Under the pieces are notes generated by a model. The model searched no databases. It saw nothing but the letters and a program-made list of their open reading frames with translations, and was not told the DNA's origin. A stretch of DNA of 60,057 bases, counting the filler. It is 6 parts of 6 records of this genome, joined end to end, with 100 filler letters (N's around TTAATTAATTAA, not from the genome) between each part and the next. Parts side by side here need not be neighbours in the genome. Positions count along the whole stretch, not along the records: positions 54,670 to 60,057 come from SRR31147125_12682; 5 more parts are not named here. The stretch is one strand, 5' to 3'. Shown piece after piece: positions 59,476-60,057 of this stretch (position 1 is its first letter; every line of letters starts with the position of its first letter). The translations under genes were made by a program, and so were the position numbers.

Positions 59476-60057
59476 CTATTCAGCCAGATGCCTGACAACC
59501 GCCCTTTTGCGGGGCAGTATAATATCAGCTTTCTTTAACTTATCTGGCTGGTCTGCCCAATACTGGACATCTAACATTTCGATAAAATCAGCTGTATAGT
59601 CCTTTAGAATGCCAACCAGCTCGACAGGTGAATCTTTATGAACAAACTCTGCAACAACTTTCCTGCCAATATATCGCTCCAGTAACGGTTCGTAGGATGT
59701 GTCAACTGAACCAATAATCTCATTTTTCATCTGAGAAACATACTTTTCCTGACTGCTAAGCAGGCCTCCGGCAACAGTGGCCTTTTTGCCCTGTGAAATC
59801 AGTACATTTGAAACTTCCATAAAGGTATCACGGATTGTTTTGAAAATGTTGCCGATCTTACGTCCCAATTTGCGTAAACCACTGGGGTGGTAAGTTCTTT
59901 GAGCTCTTTTTCGCGTTTACGATTATGAGTATCAGTTAGATATTCATGAAAACGTACTATAGCTGCAATATTACCATATTCGTATTTATATATCATATAT
60001 GATGCTTCAATATGACCGTCAGAGTCTTTGTTTGCAATATCATATACAAGCTCCAAA
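59476..60057 (-). CDS. Hypothetical protein, 5'-truncated and frameshifted near 59885
   Basis: Two overlapping ORFs join at a C-run. The C-terminus GILKDYTADFIE..DV...D...PR....VRH.AE is Sm-like. Confidence 0.6.

Overview
This window is not one locus. It is six unrelated metagenomic contigs joined by artificial 100-nt spacers (N44-TTAATTAATTAA-N44) at 7687-7786, 19559-19658, 30074-30173, 47397-47496 and 54570-54669. Contig 1 (1-7686, Desulfobacterales-like by inference) carries queD, a sigma54-driven candidate sRNA with upstream palindromes, trpB2, an SphA-type outer-membrane protein and a truncated uvrA. Contig 2 (7787-19558, deltaproteobacterial/myxobacterial-like) carries birA-oadG-'oadA' with an apparently dead carboxyltransferase domain, rpoH, and an AGPS-like/GlcE-like/Fe-S/lipid-kinase operon. 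Contig 3 (19659-30073) carries cheA-cheW-cheB-cheR-HEAT/REC and pgk. Contig 4 (30174-47396, very AT-rich) is the structural and right arm of an HK97-type siphovirus (pro)phage. It has no recognisable endolysin, a Cys-rich tail-tip protein, an autonomous two-gene moron and a tmRNA-like 3' end as candidate att site. Contig 5 (47497-54569) carries thyA, thiD, and a D-lyxose isomerase/GntR/TctC sugar locus. Contig 6 (54670-60057, Phycisphaerae-like by inference) carries a LamG multidomain protein, a NUDIX-like protein and guaB. Many genes are broken by single-base indels in homopolymer runs, which points to sequencing error. The most promising novel items are the sigma54 anti-Shine-Dalgarno sRNA, the pseudo-enzyme OadA, the endolysin-less tailed phage with its moron, and the AGPS-like GlcDEF-type operon.
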